Assembly (NCBI GenBank): GCA_002269645.1
Contig: NIVC01000151.1
Location: 124,001-188,000 of the forward strand
Source: Macrostomum lignano
Lineage: Eukaryota
Length of the DNA: 64,000 nt
Reading direction: 5' to 3'
Shown here: piece after piece, positions 13,930 through 26,178 of the stretch
Layout of the letters: every line of letters begins with the position of its first letter
How positions within the stretch are numbered: the first letter of the stretch is position 1
Notes under the pieces: model-generated
Told to the model about the DNA's origin: nothing
The model's input: only the letters and a program-made list of their open reading frames with translations
Databases searched by the model: none
Position numbers and translations under genes: made by a program

Positions 13930-14520
13930 GGACACTGAGACAGGAATACGGACACAAGGAATCAGAAAGGCGGACACTGAGACAGGAATACGGACACAAG
14001 GAATCAGAAAGGCGGACACTGAGACAGGAATACGGACACAAGGAATCAGAAAGGCGGACACTGAGACAGGAATACGGACACAAGGAATCAGAAAGGCGGA
14101 CACTGAGACAGGAATACGGACACAAGGAATCAGAAAGGCGGACACTGAGACAGGAATACGGACACAAGGAATCAGAAAGGCGGACACTGAGACAGGAATA
14201 CGGACACAAGGAATCAGAAAGGCGGACACTGAGACAGGAATACGGACACAAGGAATCAGAAAGGCGGACACTGAGACAGGAATACGGACACAAGGAATCA
14301 GAAAGGCGGACACTGAGACAGGAATACGGACACAAGGAATCAGAAAGGCGGACACTGAGACAGGAATACGGACACAAGGAATCAGAAAGGCGGACACTGA
14401 GACAGGAATACGGACACAAGGAATCAGAAAGGCGGACACTGAGACAGGAATACGGACACAAGGAATCAGAAAGGCGGACACTGAGACAGGAATACGGACA
14501 CTTAAGACAGAAAGGCGGAC
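13930..14520. repeat. 42-bp minisatellite derived from the adjacent 20-mer
   Basis: Unit GACACTGAGACAGGAATACGGACACAAGGAATCAGAAAGGCG, about 14 near-identical copies. Confidence 0.95.
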
Positions 14521-15249
14521 ATATGAGCCAAATGCGGAGAGCACGCTCAGCATGCTTCAAGTTCCCCTGTTGCTCGAAGTTGTTCTGCATTTCATTTACA
14601 ACCCGCACGTCCTCCCCATAGCGCTAATCTCCCCTCCATCATCTCATCGCCTCCCCGCCCCGCCACTGATCCCCCGGCCGAGTCCCCGGAGGCCCGGCGC
14701 GCTCATCCACTGCTCAGCGGTTTTTCCTCGCCCTCCGCGTCGCCATAAAATTCTCGCGCGCGCAGCCGCCGGCGCCAGAATTTACAACTCTCCGGGGTCT
14801 CCGGGGTCTCCGGGGCTGCCAGGGCGCAGATGATAAAGCATTTCGGGCGACCGGCGTGATGCAGGAGAAGCTGGAGATGGGGATTGGCGAGAAAGCAGCG
14901 GGAAATGCGAGCCTAGCGCTCAGTTATCTAAATGAGTGCCTCATCACCAGCTGCCAGAGGTTATAAAGAGCTCAGCAGGATTAAAAATATAGTGAAATCC
15001 CTCCACCCTGATGCAGCCGGAGCTCCCGCTGACAGGGATTTCCAGGGAACTGACGGCCTGCAGGTCCCCAGCATGCACCCAGAGGATTTGCAGCATGCAA
15101 AACTGCCGGCGCGACAGGCCGCTGACCGTCAGCTCGCGGGGCTCTCAGATCCGGTCAGTTCCACTCACTGCCGCGTCTTCCTGCAAAGTCTGCCTGCAAA
15201 GCTGCCACTTTTTAATGGAAGATATTGTTCACTGCTCACTCTGCTTCAG

Positions 15250-15392
15250 TCACTCTGTCACCCTCCCTGTTTGTCACCCTCTTATTTCACGCCTCTGTCA
15301 CCCCTCTGTCACCCTTCTGTCACCCCTCTGCCACCCCTCTGTGCCCCCACTGTCACTCCTGTAAAGCATCTGTCACTCCTCTGTCACTCCTC
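15250..15392. repeat. Degenerate 10-11-bp repeat (CTCTGTCAC core)
   Basis: Imperfect tandem units. Confidence 0.7.
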
Positions 15393-17389
15393 TTCTTCCA
15401 GTTCTCCTCATCAGCTCCAGCCAGTCCCGGCCAGCACCGGCCATCAGACGGAGTGTTCAATCAGCTCCGAAATCCCGCCGCGCAGCCGCCGACCTGCCGG
15501 CCCCTCCAAAATATTTGCCATTCGATGGCGCCAGAGTCTTCAAAAGCCGCCAAAGAATTTCTCGTGTTCGCAAAGAAGCGCAACTCCGGCCAGGCCAGTT
15601 GTTTATCCCCGGGGAAGCTGCGGATGAAGGAGGGGGGATTTCAGACTGCATGAGGGGGGGGAGGAGGTTGTCAAAAACCAGGCGACCGAAAGGTATCTGA
15701 AATCCGGTATACGGTGGCTGCTTGGGGCGGCGGCAGCGGCGCTGCCTGGAATGTGTTTCCAGCGGGCCGCCCTCAGCCCGGCCAGTCAAGTTGTCGCCTG
15801 GGCAATTAACCGCCAGCCTGCTGGGGGGGGGGTCAAGGAGACCCGGGCTGCAGTCTGGAGTGACAGCTCCACGACACCGGGGGGATTTGAGATTTTTGCT
15901 CAACTGCACTGAGGGAACAGCTGAGAAAAATCTCCAACATGGCACCATAAGCTTGGCAATTAGCAATATCTTCTTGTCCCCGAGTCCCCACATGCTAGAT
16001 CCTTGAACTATTGCAATAAATGGATCAGAAAGTCCATCAGAAAATCCATCTAGTTCAAAAAATAAAAGAACAGTTCCCAGCCTACATGTAGCCGCTGTTT
16101 GGTGTTTAAAAACGCGTTCAGACTACTGAAAGCAAACTTGGCCGTGACAGCTTCAGTTAAAGGCAGCGCAGAAACCCGGCCAGTCCGGATCCCGGTGCCG
16201 CGGTCTCCATGCCACATTTTCGCCCCCCTCCCCCCACTCCCAGGAATCCCGGCGCCGGCGCCGCCCCGCGCGACCTCCCCCGCGGGGGGCGGGCCGTGTC
16301 ACCGATAATTCGTTTGTTATTCTAAGGCGTGTAAATGGCGGATTCGAAAGCCATCGGCATCTTTTTCATCGGGGGGCTGCTGGGGCGGCGGCAGATCCAC
16401 CGCCTGCCATAAACCGGCCGTGTGGGAGCTGCCGGCTTTCTTCTCCTAAAAGGAGGGGCCGTGGGGTTGACTGGAACGGGGAAAAGGCAACTTAATGCCC
16501 GATACGGCCTGAGAGTATTTTCTAGTTAATGCTCGATTAATGTCAAAGCTTCCCCAGTTGCTATGCCAACGCAATGACAGCGAGTCATTGTTTCGGACTC
16601 CGACAAGCAGAGTGGGATGAGGCAGCTGAGAATCGGACACCAGGAGGGAGGCTGGAAACCTGAGACCGCAGTTGATGAAGAGGCGAGGGGCCGCTGCTGA
16701 TCGCTGGGCCAGATTGGCTCCCACTTGGCCGGAAGCGACCTGGACCAGCCTGTCAGAACCCTCAGCTATTCTAGCTGTGGATTGTAAGATTGAGCAAAAA
16801 AGATGAAGCAGCAGCCTCAGATGCTCAGCCATCTGCCACGAGCGGCAATGGGAGGCCTCAAACAGAAAGCAAAAAGGTGGATGAGCAACAGTGGAAATTG
16901 AACTAATTTACTGAGCAAAAACGGGACAAGCTCAGCCTGGCCCAAAGACTAGAGCCCCGGCGGCACTTATCGAGCGAGAAAATCGACCCGGCCGCGAGCC
17001 ACTGCGCCGCCTCTCTGTCATCGGCCGGCCCTCCCTGTCCCATGAAGAGCCCCGGCCGATGACAGACAGGGCGGAGCGGCCCGCGGCCGGCGGCAGCGGC
17101 TGGGCAAAGTGGCTTCATCAGCTCTTGCGCCGTGGAATGCCGCCCGAATCGACGCTCTGAGCGACGAGACGGCCTTTGTGTTGAAAGCTCGCCGCGTGCC
17201 GGCCGGCGGCTTGATGAGGCTGGGCCGCCTGCAGAAAAGAGGCTGGGGATCCCTGGGCGAGGCTTTTCTTGTCGTTCAATTGATCAAAAATTTACACGGC
17301 AAGGAGTTCTACTTTTAGTAGGCCAGTCGGTTTATGTTATATGCATTTGTTAGTTAGTCTCGAAGCCATTCCCATCGCACTCACGCCTG

Positions 17390-17720
17390 CCACCTCTGCA
17401 GTGGGATGAAAGGGCGGGGGTTCGATTCTTGATCTTACTCGGAACAATTTGTGTCTTTGAGCAAGGCACTTAACTCTGCATTGCTTCAGTTCACCCAGTG
17501 GATGTAAAATGGGTGCCAGCATTAACTGGGGCAATTGCCCCCCTCCCAGTCCTCGGACTGAACAGCCGTACGGAGCCTTCAGATGCGGAGCTGTCCATAA
17601 GGTGGTTTATCAATTGCTATTGTTACTCGGCCCTGCGCATGCAAGCTCACACAGATGCGTACGCAGGCAAAAATCATACGGGGTGTACAGCGGCCCTGAC
17701 TTTATTCATCTCATCGTCCA
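17390..17720 (+). mobile_element. tRNA-headed SINE with CORE-like central domain
   Basis: B box GGTTCGATTC; CTTTGAGCAAGGCACTTAACTCTGCATTGCTTCAGTTCACCCAG...GTAAAATGGG resembles the CORE consensus; related copies elsewhere in the window. Confidence 0.7.
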
Positions 17721-18216
17721 CGCTGTGACTAAAGAGCTCATGGGCCACAACTTAAAACTTGAGTCCTAAATAAACGCGGCTGTACGCGGATTCGAACCCA
17801 GGTACTATTGTGCTACACAGAATTGAAACCTCTCTATCTCTCTCTCTCCCTCTCTCTCTTGGACCACGAGGCCGACTCAAGCGGCTTCCTCGCATATCCT
17901 GCCGACGGACGTTTGCAAAACGAAAATGAGGAGTCCGCGATGAGACTGAAAGTTGGAAGTCAGGTAGAACCACAGAACTAGCAAAACACGCTGCCCAGGC
18001 CGAAATGCAGCGACGCAGGGCAGAGGAAAGACTTCGCCTGTCCTGGCTGGTAGGGTGTCGGCAGCGTCAGCCGGCTGTGGGCAGCACCACCGGGCATCTT
18101 CACCGTGTCCTTGTGGCCGCGGTTCGGCTCCCTATTTCTACGGGCGGCTTAATTAGAGATCCGAATAACCAGTTCCAGGGCAGCAGTCCTTCGCCTTAGC
18201 CTTAGCTAAGTAAATG

Positions 18217-19037
18217 GTATTACCCCTATGGATTTATTTATTTGGCTGATAGAGTGACCGAGGCTGCATTTCGCCGAGGCCATAGAAATGCAGCCCGAGG
18301 TCACTCTTGAGGCCCAAATTAAATGAATCCATAGGGGTAATACTCTATTTATCCCTCGCTTGGCTGACGGCGCCAAAGTCTATAGTCTATGGTAAAAAAC
18401 GAGAAGGAAAGAGAAAAAGGAGAAGGGAGACGGCAAAGATGCAAGAGGAGAGACGATAAGAGCTCCTAATGACACGGCTCGATACACCAACCAAAGCTTG
18501 AGAAAGACATGCGCCACCCGGCTGCACGAATCCGGCATGCAGCGCGCCGATTTATGCCGTGTAACGGGGCATAGCAGCACCGCCGTGGAGAAGTACATTG
18601 GAGTGTCCGTAAACCAACAGAAAATGATCAGCGAGCCGCTCAGGATAACGTCTGGAGTAGCGACAACAACACCTGCGCCTACAGCTCCTCCTGATGCCGT
18701 CTCAACGTCTGCCGTTGACGTCTGCCGACCCCCAAAAAGAAGATGCGACTAGAAATATGCGGTGAGACTAACAGAATCAGCATCCACTTTGATTGATCAT
18801 TAATTAATTAATTTAATTAACTTCGATTAACAACAATAAGCGTTTATATACATTTCAATGACATCTAATTAGACTTAATATCCGTTTTTGTTCAAAACAT
18901 TGCTCGTTCCATCGTTTGCTGCTCGTTCATTTGTAACTCAAAATACATGTCTATGTCAAAAGTTGCGTCATTTATCTGGCCCGGCCAAATAAATGAATGG
19001 CTGAAATGAATGAAAATAAAAAAGTGGGGGATAAATC
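18217..19037 (+). mobile_element. Crypton-like (tyrosine recombinase) non-autonomous remnant
   Basis: 127-bp palindrome at 18217-18343; inverted pair TATTTATCCCTC (about 18345) / GGGGGATAAAT (about 19026); YR C-terminal box YTNQSLRKTCATRL...TGHSSTAVEKY encoded at about 18483-18600. The right boundary is approximate. Confidence 0.6.
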
Positions 19038-19204
19038 TGAAGCTGGAGTCTGAAGCGCTGCATCTATGGCCCAGAGTCAATCTTTTGCTTGTAAAGCCGA
19101 CGGCCTCTGCGCCCCAGATTTTGTTAAGCAATAAAAGTACCAAATAATTCACTCGAGTATTTTAACCATTCGAAGCCGCGAGTATCTGCCGATTTCTCTT
19201 CGCG

Positions 19205-19838
19205 ATGCCGCTTGGCGCCGACTGCAGCCAGGCCCGCTCCAGCAGCCGCTGCCGCCTGCTGAAGCCGCGCTCTCACCAGACCTTCCACGTGAACCCGCGC
19301 TCCATGAACGTGCAGGTGGAGGTCCGCCTGCAGGAGGACGGCTACCGCCGCCCCGTGGACCAGCTGGGCGTGCTGGATGCCTCGTACTTCGGCTCGGCCG
19401 AGCTGCTGCTGCGGCGCCAGATCGACTCGCCATGCCGCTTCGACGTGTTCGCCCTGGACCGCTTGGTGGAGCAGCCGATGCACCAGTTCGGCATGTTCCT
19501 GTTCGACCGCTGCGGCTTCTTCCAGGCCGGCAGCCTGTGCATGGACCCCGTGATCTGCGCCTGGCTGCTGCAGCGCACGGCGGGGCTGTACCAGTACCGC
19601 AACCCCTACCACAACCAGCTGCACGCCATCGACGTCACCCAGGCCTTCTACGTGATGCTGCAGCAGCCGGGCATTCAGCACAAGTTCCACCTCAACAAGC
19701 TGGAGGTGTTCACCACCCTGCTGGCCGCGCTGTGCCACGATGTGGGCCACCCGGGCTGCACTACAAAGTACCTGTGCCTGTTCAATCACGACCATTTCTT
19801 CAAGGCGTATAACGACCGCTTCCGCGAGCTGAGGAAAG
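19205..19838 (+). CDS. Class I cyclic-nucleotide phosphodiesterase, exon 1
   Basis: YHNQLHAIDVTQ and LAALCHDVGHPG metal-binding motifs; ATG at 19205 with an in-frame stop at 19163-19165; donor gtagga at 19839. Confidence 0.9.
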
Positions 19839-20267
19839 GTAGGAGGCTGCATTTTATTTGTGGCCGGCTAGCAGCAGCAGGTCAGGTGTACTTCTATATT
19901 CCCGTTTAACAATGCCGTAGCAACAAAATTGAAATATAAAAATAGGTGCTTGACAGTTATCGACATCGTTGAAATCGGTGTTCTCAGCCAGCACAAGTTT
20001 CCCACGATGTAAAAATTTGAGCTTAGTAGAGTAGCCCCGGCTTGGTCTGGCTCAGCAAGGCTCTGGTTTGGGGCGAAGAGCGGCAGTGCTGTGCTGTGTG
20101 ATACTACAATAGAAATCTTCAGAGCTCCGGTGCCGCTTGCTGCTGACTTGTTGAAACTTGGTGTAAATCTGCGAAGCCAGCATTTATGTCATATTGTGAA
20201 TTTTTATGAAATTGCGTGTGCGTGCACTGGCTCTCACCTAGCTGTCCCGCGCCTCCGCGCCTCCCAG

Positions 20268-20464
20268 ACGATTCCAAAGGTGACATCCAGTTCACTCTGG
20301 AGAACCACCACACCCGCATGGGCTGCTCGCTGCTCCTCCAGTCCGGCCTGATGGAGACGCTTAAGCTCACCGAACAGCAGCGCATGGCAACCGTCCAGCT
20401 CATGTCCGACCTCATAAACGCCACGGACATGGACAGGCATAAGAGTCTGGTGGAGAAGTTCCAG
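20268..20464 (+). CDS. PDE exon 2 (LENHH...INATDMDRH)
   Basis: ctcccag acceptor, phase 1 matches; LENHH and ATDM motifs; donor gtgggt at 20465. Confidence 0.9.
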
Positions 20465-20526
20465 GTGGGTCTGAGAATTTTTCTGATTTCGATATTGAAT
20501 AGATAAAATTCTAAAACTGTTCAGGG

Positions 20527-21052
20527 AACCAGCCAATCCGCGAGCCGAGGGCTAGAAATGCATGTTGGAGTAGGCAGCAGCAACCAGCCAATCCGCGAGC
20601 CGAGGGCTAGAAATGCATGTTGGAGTAGGCAGCAGCAACCAGCCAATCCGCGAGCCGAGGGCTAGAAATGCATGTTGGAGTAGGCAGCAGCAACCAGCCA
20701 ATCAGCGAGCCGAGGGCTAGAAATGCATGTTGGAGTAGGCAGCAGCAACCAGCCAATCAGCGAGCCGAGGGCTAGAAATGCATGTTGGAGTAGGCAGCAG
20801 CAACCAGCCAATCCGCGAGCCGAGGGCTAGAAATGCATGTTGGAGTAGGGAGCAGCAACCAGCCAATCAGCGAGCCGAGGGCTAGAAATGCATGTTGGAG
20901 TAGGCAGCAGCAACCAGCCAATCAGCGAGCCGAGGTCTAGAAATGCATGTTGGAGTAGGCAGCAGCAACCAGCCAATCAGCGAGCCGAGGGCTAGAAATG
21001 CATGTTGGAGTAGGCAGCAGCAACCAGCCAATCAGCGAGCGGAGGTCTAGAA
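20527..21052. repeat. 55-bp minisatellite with CCAAT core (PDE intron)
   Basis: About 9.5 units of AACCAGCCAATCCGCGAGCCGAGGGCTAGAAATGCATGTTGGAGTAGGCAGCAGC. Confidence 0.95.
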
Positions 21053-21112
21053 ATGCATTATAAGCAGCAGGACTGCAAACTTAAGAAAATTTTCACCTGG
21101 CCGACTCGGCAG

Positions 21113-21367
21113 GCGGACCTGCTGCGGGCTGAGGAGGCCAGGCAGGCGGACAGCGGCAGCAACAGCGAGCCAAACCGCGGCCACAAGGGCACGGTGAAGA
21201 TGGACCTGCTGGAGCTGATCATCAAGTGCGCGGACATCGGGAATCCGTTCCGCGAGTGGCCGATCTGCAGCGCCTGGGCGGAGCTGGTCTGCCAGGAGTT
21301 CTACCGACAGGGCGACCTGGAGAACGTCTGCCGGCAGCGGTTTATGAGCTCGGAGGACTTGCTGAAA
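21113..21367 (+). CDS. PDE exon 3 (IIKCADIGNP...EFYRQGD)
   Basis: ggcag acceptor in phase 0; KCADxxNP and EFxxQGD motifs; donor gtgcag at 21368 (weaker). Confidence 0.85.
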
Positions 21368-21522
21368 GTGCAGGGCGTTTTCACAGGTTCGTTTGGGACA
21401 GCAGAACAACTGAGGTTGTCAGCTAGGGCAGAATTGCACCTGTTGTACAGCTGTTAGATATGATCACCTATTAGATTTGGTTGGATAGAATTAGCATGTC
21501 CCGGTTAGATATGAGCGTCAAC

Positions 21523-21972
21523 CTGTTAGATATGAGCGGCAGCTGTTAGACATGAGCGGCAGCTGTTAGATATGAGCGGCTGCTGTTAGATATGAGCGGC
21601 AGCTGTTAGATATGAGCGGCAGCTGTTAGATATGAGCGGCTGCTGTTAGATATGAGCGGCAGCTGTTAGATATGAGCGGCTGCTGTTAGATACGAGCAGC
21701 AGCTGTTATGAGCAGCAGCTGTTAGATACGAGCAGCAGCTGTTAGATACGAGCAGCAGCTGTTAGATATGAGCAGCAGCTGTTAGATATGAGCAGCAGCT
21801 GTTAGATATGAGCGGCAGCTGTTAGATACGAGCAGCAGCTGTTAGATATGAGCAGCAGCTGTTAGATATGAGCGGCAGCTGTTAGATATGAGTGGCAGCT
21901 GTTAGATACGAGCGGCAGCTGTTAGATATGAGCGGTAGCTGTTAGATATAGACAGCAGCTGTTAGATACGAG
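21523..21972. repeat. 20-bp minisatellite GCTGTTAGATATGAGCGGCA (PDE intron)
   Basis: Tandem units visible. Confidence 0.95.
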
Positions 21973-22044
21973 TTTTGATTAAGCAGAAATTGTGCCTGCA
22001 GGAACCAATTTTGCATTCCAGCCAGCCTCAAGCGCGACACCCAG

Positions 22045-22320
22045 GTGCCACAAGTGCAGGTGAACTTCATCACAATTTTCGTGCTGCCGCTGATCCAGGT
22101 CTACGCGCAGGTGGAGGCCACGGAGAGCAGCAGGGCCATCCAGCAGACGGTGGAGCAGAATCTGCAGCTGTGGCGCATGCTGAACTCCATGAACAAGAAG
22201 AAGATTATCAACTACTTGGGCCCCGCGGCTGACCTGCTCAGCCCTTTGGAGCTCAACCAGATGCTCGCGAGGCTGCTCGACGACCAGAATGTGCGGGTTA
22301 CTGTTAGGAGCGCGATTTGA
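22045..22320 (+). CDS. PDE exon 4 (VPQVQVNFITIFVLPL..., invariant Gln)
   Basis: cccag acceptor in phase 0; QxxF substrate-pocket motif; stop TGA at 22318-22320. An earlier donor near 22291 cannot be excluded. Confidence 0.8.
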   Translation: MPQVQVNFITIFVLPLIQVYAQVEATESSRAIQQTVEQNLQLWRMLNSMNKKKIINYLGPAADLLSPLELNQMLARLLDDQNVRVTVRSAI

Positions 22321-24439
22321 ATTGAGTGCATGGCATTAATTTTAACCTGTCAGAATTGCCGATAATCCACGAGTATTATTATGACTCATTGCAGACTCAA
22401 ACCACGAGTATATCTTGTTAAGTAGTTTTTGAGCCGTGCTTCACAAGAGACGCTGCTTAAAAGGGAATCCTTGAATTCTGAATGGCGTTGAAATTTTACA
22501 GCGTCGAAATTAGACAGCGCACTACCAAGATAAGAGATGCAAAATATCTGTTTTGCCTAGACGTGTACGAACAAAAACTGTTCAGAAAGCAATGTACGAG
22601 ACGAGAGTGACTCGCCTCTGCCCTCCGCTGCAAGCTTGCCGGCCTGCCACAGCTGCAGGAATGAGGAATTCCCAGTTTATTGACCGGTCTCTATCGATTA
22701 CTCATATTATCGCGCTATCGCAGAAGTTGACTGTTTAGTGTCTACTTTACTACTCACTACCTACTGATATGCGAACATTTTAACTCGCGTCGTCATTTAT
22801 TGGAACCGCTATAAATACTTATAGCAGTAGTATAAAAGTAGAAATAAATTCCACTATTCCCACCACCTATCTGCTCGCGAAATTGAGGACATGAGTTCCA
22901 TCTCATTTTCAATTTTACCAAGATTAGCAGCACGCAAATATGGCTTCTCTAAACAAGACCAAGGTGGCGCTTAGCGCGGCAAGATGCTGGATTAATTTGC
23001 AGCTTGCAGGCATAAAAAATTCTCAAGTCTCGCAGCAGAAATGCAAGCGAGCTAAAAGGGACCGACTTCTCCGTCCTGGCATAAATATTTGATACAGTGG
23101 AGCAGCTCTCGGCCGCCAGTCTCGCTCACTGCAGCGCCTCAAAGCCCTTTCCTGCAAAGAAGGCTCTTCTACGACTCGCCCGGGTTTCAAGTTTCTGGGA
23201 ATTCCGCCCACAAGCCCCCACGGATCCCCGGCCAGGTCGCGGACAAGAGAGAAACGGCCATTTTCTTCTAGGGGACATTTCTAATTGAACCTTTTTAAGC
23301 CCACTCAATCCCCAGTGCTGATCTGCGCGTGTGTCGTACCAGGACGTCGAAGCAAGGAGACCTCGGATCGGAAACTTTTTCAAGGACTTCAAGAGTCCCC
23401 CCGTCCCTTGGAAATGTTAGCAGAATTGAAGGCCGGTTTCGCTACAGAGTGCATCATTGATGATGGCAACTTTTTCAGCCCACAGGGACAGGCGGGCAGC
23501 GAATGCTTCCCACCTTTGCTGGCAGCGTGTTTCTACTAAATTTTTGTTCACAAGGCAGAAGCAGGGCGCTGCGCAAATTCCCCAGCAAAATGCATTGGCT
23601 GGATTGCATTTTGCAGTTTTTGCCACACAAAAATGGAGATACTTTCCCAGCCTTCTGGACCTCCGCGCTGCGGATGAAGCGAGCATGGTGGGAGCTCGCT
23701 TGTTGGCAAAATGAAGAAAAAACGCTGGCGTAACATGCAACAGTTAAACTTCATGATAATAGCATTGGCTCAATAATATATTAGTAATATATATTAATAT
23801 TAGCTTATATGAATGCAAAATTGATGTATTCTGACGCGCTCTGAAATGACAGAACTAAGTAAGACAAACTAGCATGGCTGTGGGCAGGCTGCGCGGCTCA
23901 GTCTTGGTAGGCGAACTGAACAACGAAGTCTTTGTTCGATAATGCGAGAAACGCGGTTCAAGACCAATTTGGAAAACAGAATTGAAAACAGATTTTGTTA
24001 AATATTGAAATTTACATAACGCAGAACGGTGCAACAACCTGGGACAGAGACCAGCAGCAGGCTTATCGGACATGGAAGGCAAAAGATTCTGACTAGATTT
24101 CAACTGAGCGGCTGGTCGAACCAGCTCGCAATGCAACTCATCTATTGATTGTGCAGCTGAGCTCACTGAGGTACATCATATGAATAGACTCAATACAATG
24201 GCAACGCGATGCCCCGGCTCTCAAGCCAGAGGCTGAACACTCAAACAGCTATTGTGCATGCAGGATTGCCGCGATCCAGATGCCGGCCGAAGCACTTTGG
24301 TCAGACCAGAGCTGCAGCTCAACGCAAATGCAGCGGCTCACGCGACGGATTATCATAGAGACGACTGGGGTGCTTCGCTAGGGGATTAGTGGCAATTCTT
24401 AAAGAGGATTAGGGATGAGTGTCATTGGGGCTAGGGAAA

Positions 24440-25142
24440 ACTTGCACAGGGAATTAGGGGCGATTCTCATTGGGGAAAAGGGGCGATTCCTATTGGGATT
24501 AGGGGCGATTCCTATTGGGATTAGGGGCGATTCTCATAGGCGATTAGGGGCGATTCTCATAGGCGATTAGGGGCGATTCTCATAGGGATTAGGGAAGACT
24601 CTTAGGGGATTAGGGGCGATTCTCATAGGGATTAGGGGAGACTCATAGGGGATTAAGGGCGATTCTCATAGGGATTAGGGGCGATTCTCATTATGGAAAA
24701 GGGGCGATTCTCATTGGGATTAGGGAAGACTCATAGGGGATTAAGGGCGATTCTCATAGGGATTAGGGGCGATTCTCATTATGGAAAAGGGGCGATTCTC
24801 ATTGGGATTAGGGAAGACTCATAGGGGATTAAGGGCGATTCTTATAGGGATTAGGGGAGACTCATAGGGGATTAAGGGCGATTCTCATAGGGATTAGGGG
24901 AGACTCATAGGGGATTAAGGGCGATTCTCATAGGGATTAGGGGAGACTCGTAGGGGATTAAGGGCGATTCTCATAGGGATTAGGGGAGACTTGTAGGGGA
25001 TTAAGGGCGATTCTCATAGGGATTAGGGGAGACTCATAGGGGATTAAGGGCGATTCTCATAGGGATTAGGGGAGACTCATAGGGGATTAAGGGCGATTCT
25101 CATAGGGATTAGGGGAGACTCGTAGGGGATTAAGGGCGATTC
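24440..25142. repeat. About 21-22-bp minisatellite GGGATTAGGGGCGATTCTCATA
   Basis: Alternating variant units. Confidence 0.92.
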
Positions 25143-25841
25143 CCAAGGCTCAGTCAAATATCCTCGCACAGCTTTGAGCCGCAGCAGCGCAGCCACCAAG
25201 TGGCAGCCCGTGACTTCAGCAAGAAATGCGCACCAGGAGAGCGCGAACCCGCAGCCGCAGTTAGAACGCGCACGCGGAGCTCAGCAGTAATGACAATAAA
25301 ACAGGCAAAGTAAAGTTCTTGCCGAGCTGACTAGAGACTTCAAACGGGAGGCTGCAACAGCAAGCGGGGAACAGGAAAAAACAGCAAATTACAGCCAACC
25401 CGACTGCATAAAGTTGGGGTAACGAGAGATTTTCAAACGTAAAAAATAAAAAGCGAAGTAGTTAACAATGAAGCTGGGTCATGGCGGAGTGCGTGTCTGT
25501 ACAGCTGCACTGTGGTAACACCGCAGTCCCCAGGAGTCACGCAAGCGGAGACACGGTGGGGCACTGCTAATATGAAGGGGCTTGATTGATAGCCAACTGT
25601 TGGCGAGCAAACAGGTGAAATCTCCGCCAATAAGCTGAACACGATTCTAATGGGTATTTATAGCTGCAGATTTAACTTGAAGTTAATGATCAGATCCGGC
25701 AACTCAGTGCACAAGTGCGCCAGGAGTAGCGATTTCTTTAATTGGTGTTTTTGTTACTCTGCTCTGTGACTTGACACCCACCTGCCTACAGGCTGCTGCA
25801 AACCTAACCTGCCTGCGGTCTGTGCTAAACTCCACTCCCTA

Positions 25842-26163
25842 ATCCTAATCCCGCTAATCCCCAACCAACCCCTGCAACCTGTGCTAATCCCTAGTCAGCC
25901 TGAGCTAATCCCGCTAATCCCCAACCAACCCCTGCAACCTGTGCTAATCCCTAGTCAGCCTGAGCTAATCCCGCTAATCCCCAACAAACCCCTGCAACCT
26001 GTGCTAATCCCTAGTCAGCCTGAGCTAATCCCGCTAATCCCCAACCAACCCCTGCAACCTGTGCTAATCCCTAGTCAGCCTGAGCTAATCCCGCTAATCC
26101 CCAACAAACCCCTGCAACCTGTGCTAATCCCTAGTCAGCCGGAGCTAATCCCGCTAATCCTCA
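25842..26163. repeat. 60-bp minisatellite abutting the onecut stop codon
   Basis: About 5.3 units, each with three TAATCC. Confidence 0.95.
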
Positions 26164-26178
26164 GCAGTCTCTGGCAGC

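Noticed and set aside
20527-21052. CRISPR-like regular repeats (also other 30-60-bp arrays)
   Set aside because: Units are head-to-tail with no unique spacers, there are no cas genes, and the context is eukaryotic introns.
24440-25142. Interstitial telomere
   Set aside because: TTAGGG occurs only once per 21-22-bp unit, with no (TTAGGG)n run.
23000-25700. Short ORFs and possible exons between PDE and onecut
   Set aside because: No phase-consistent exon chain or recognisable motif could be built.
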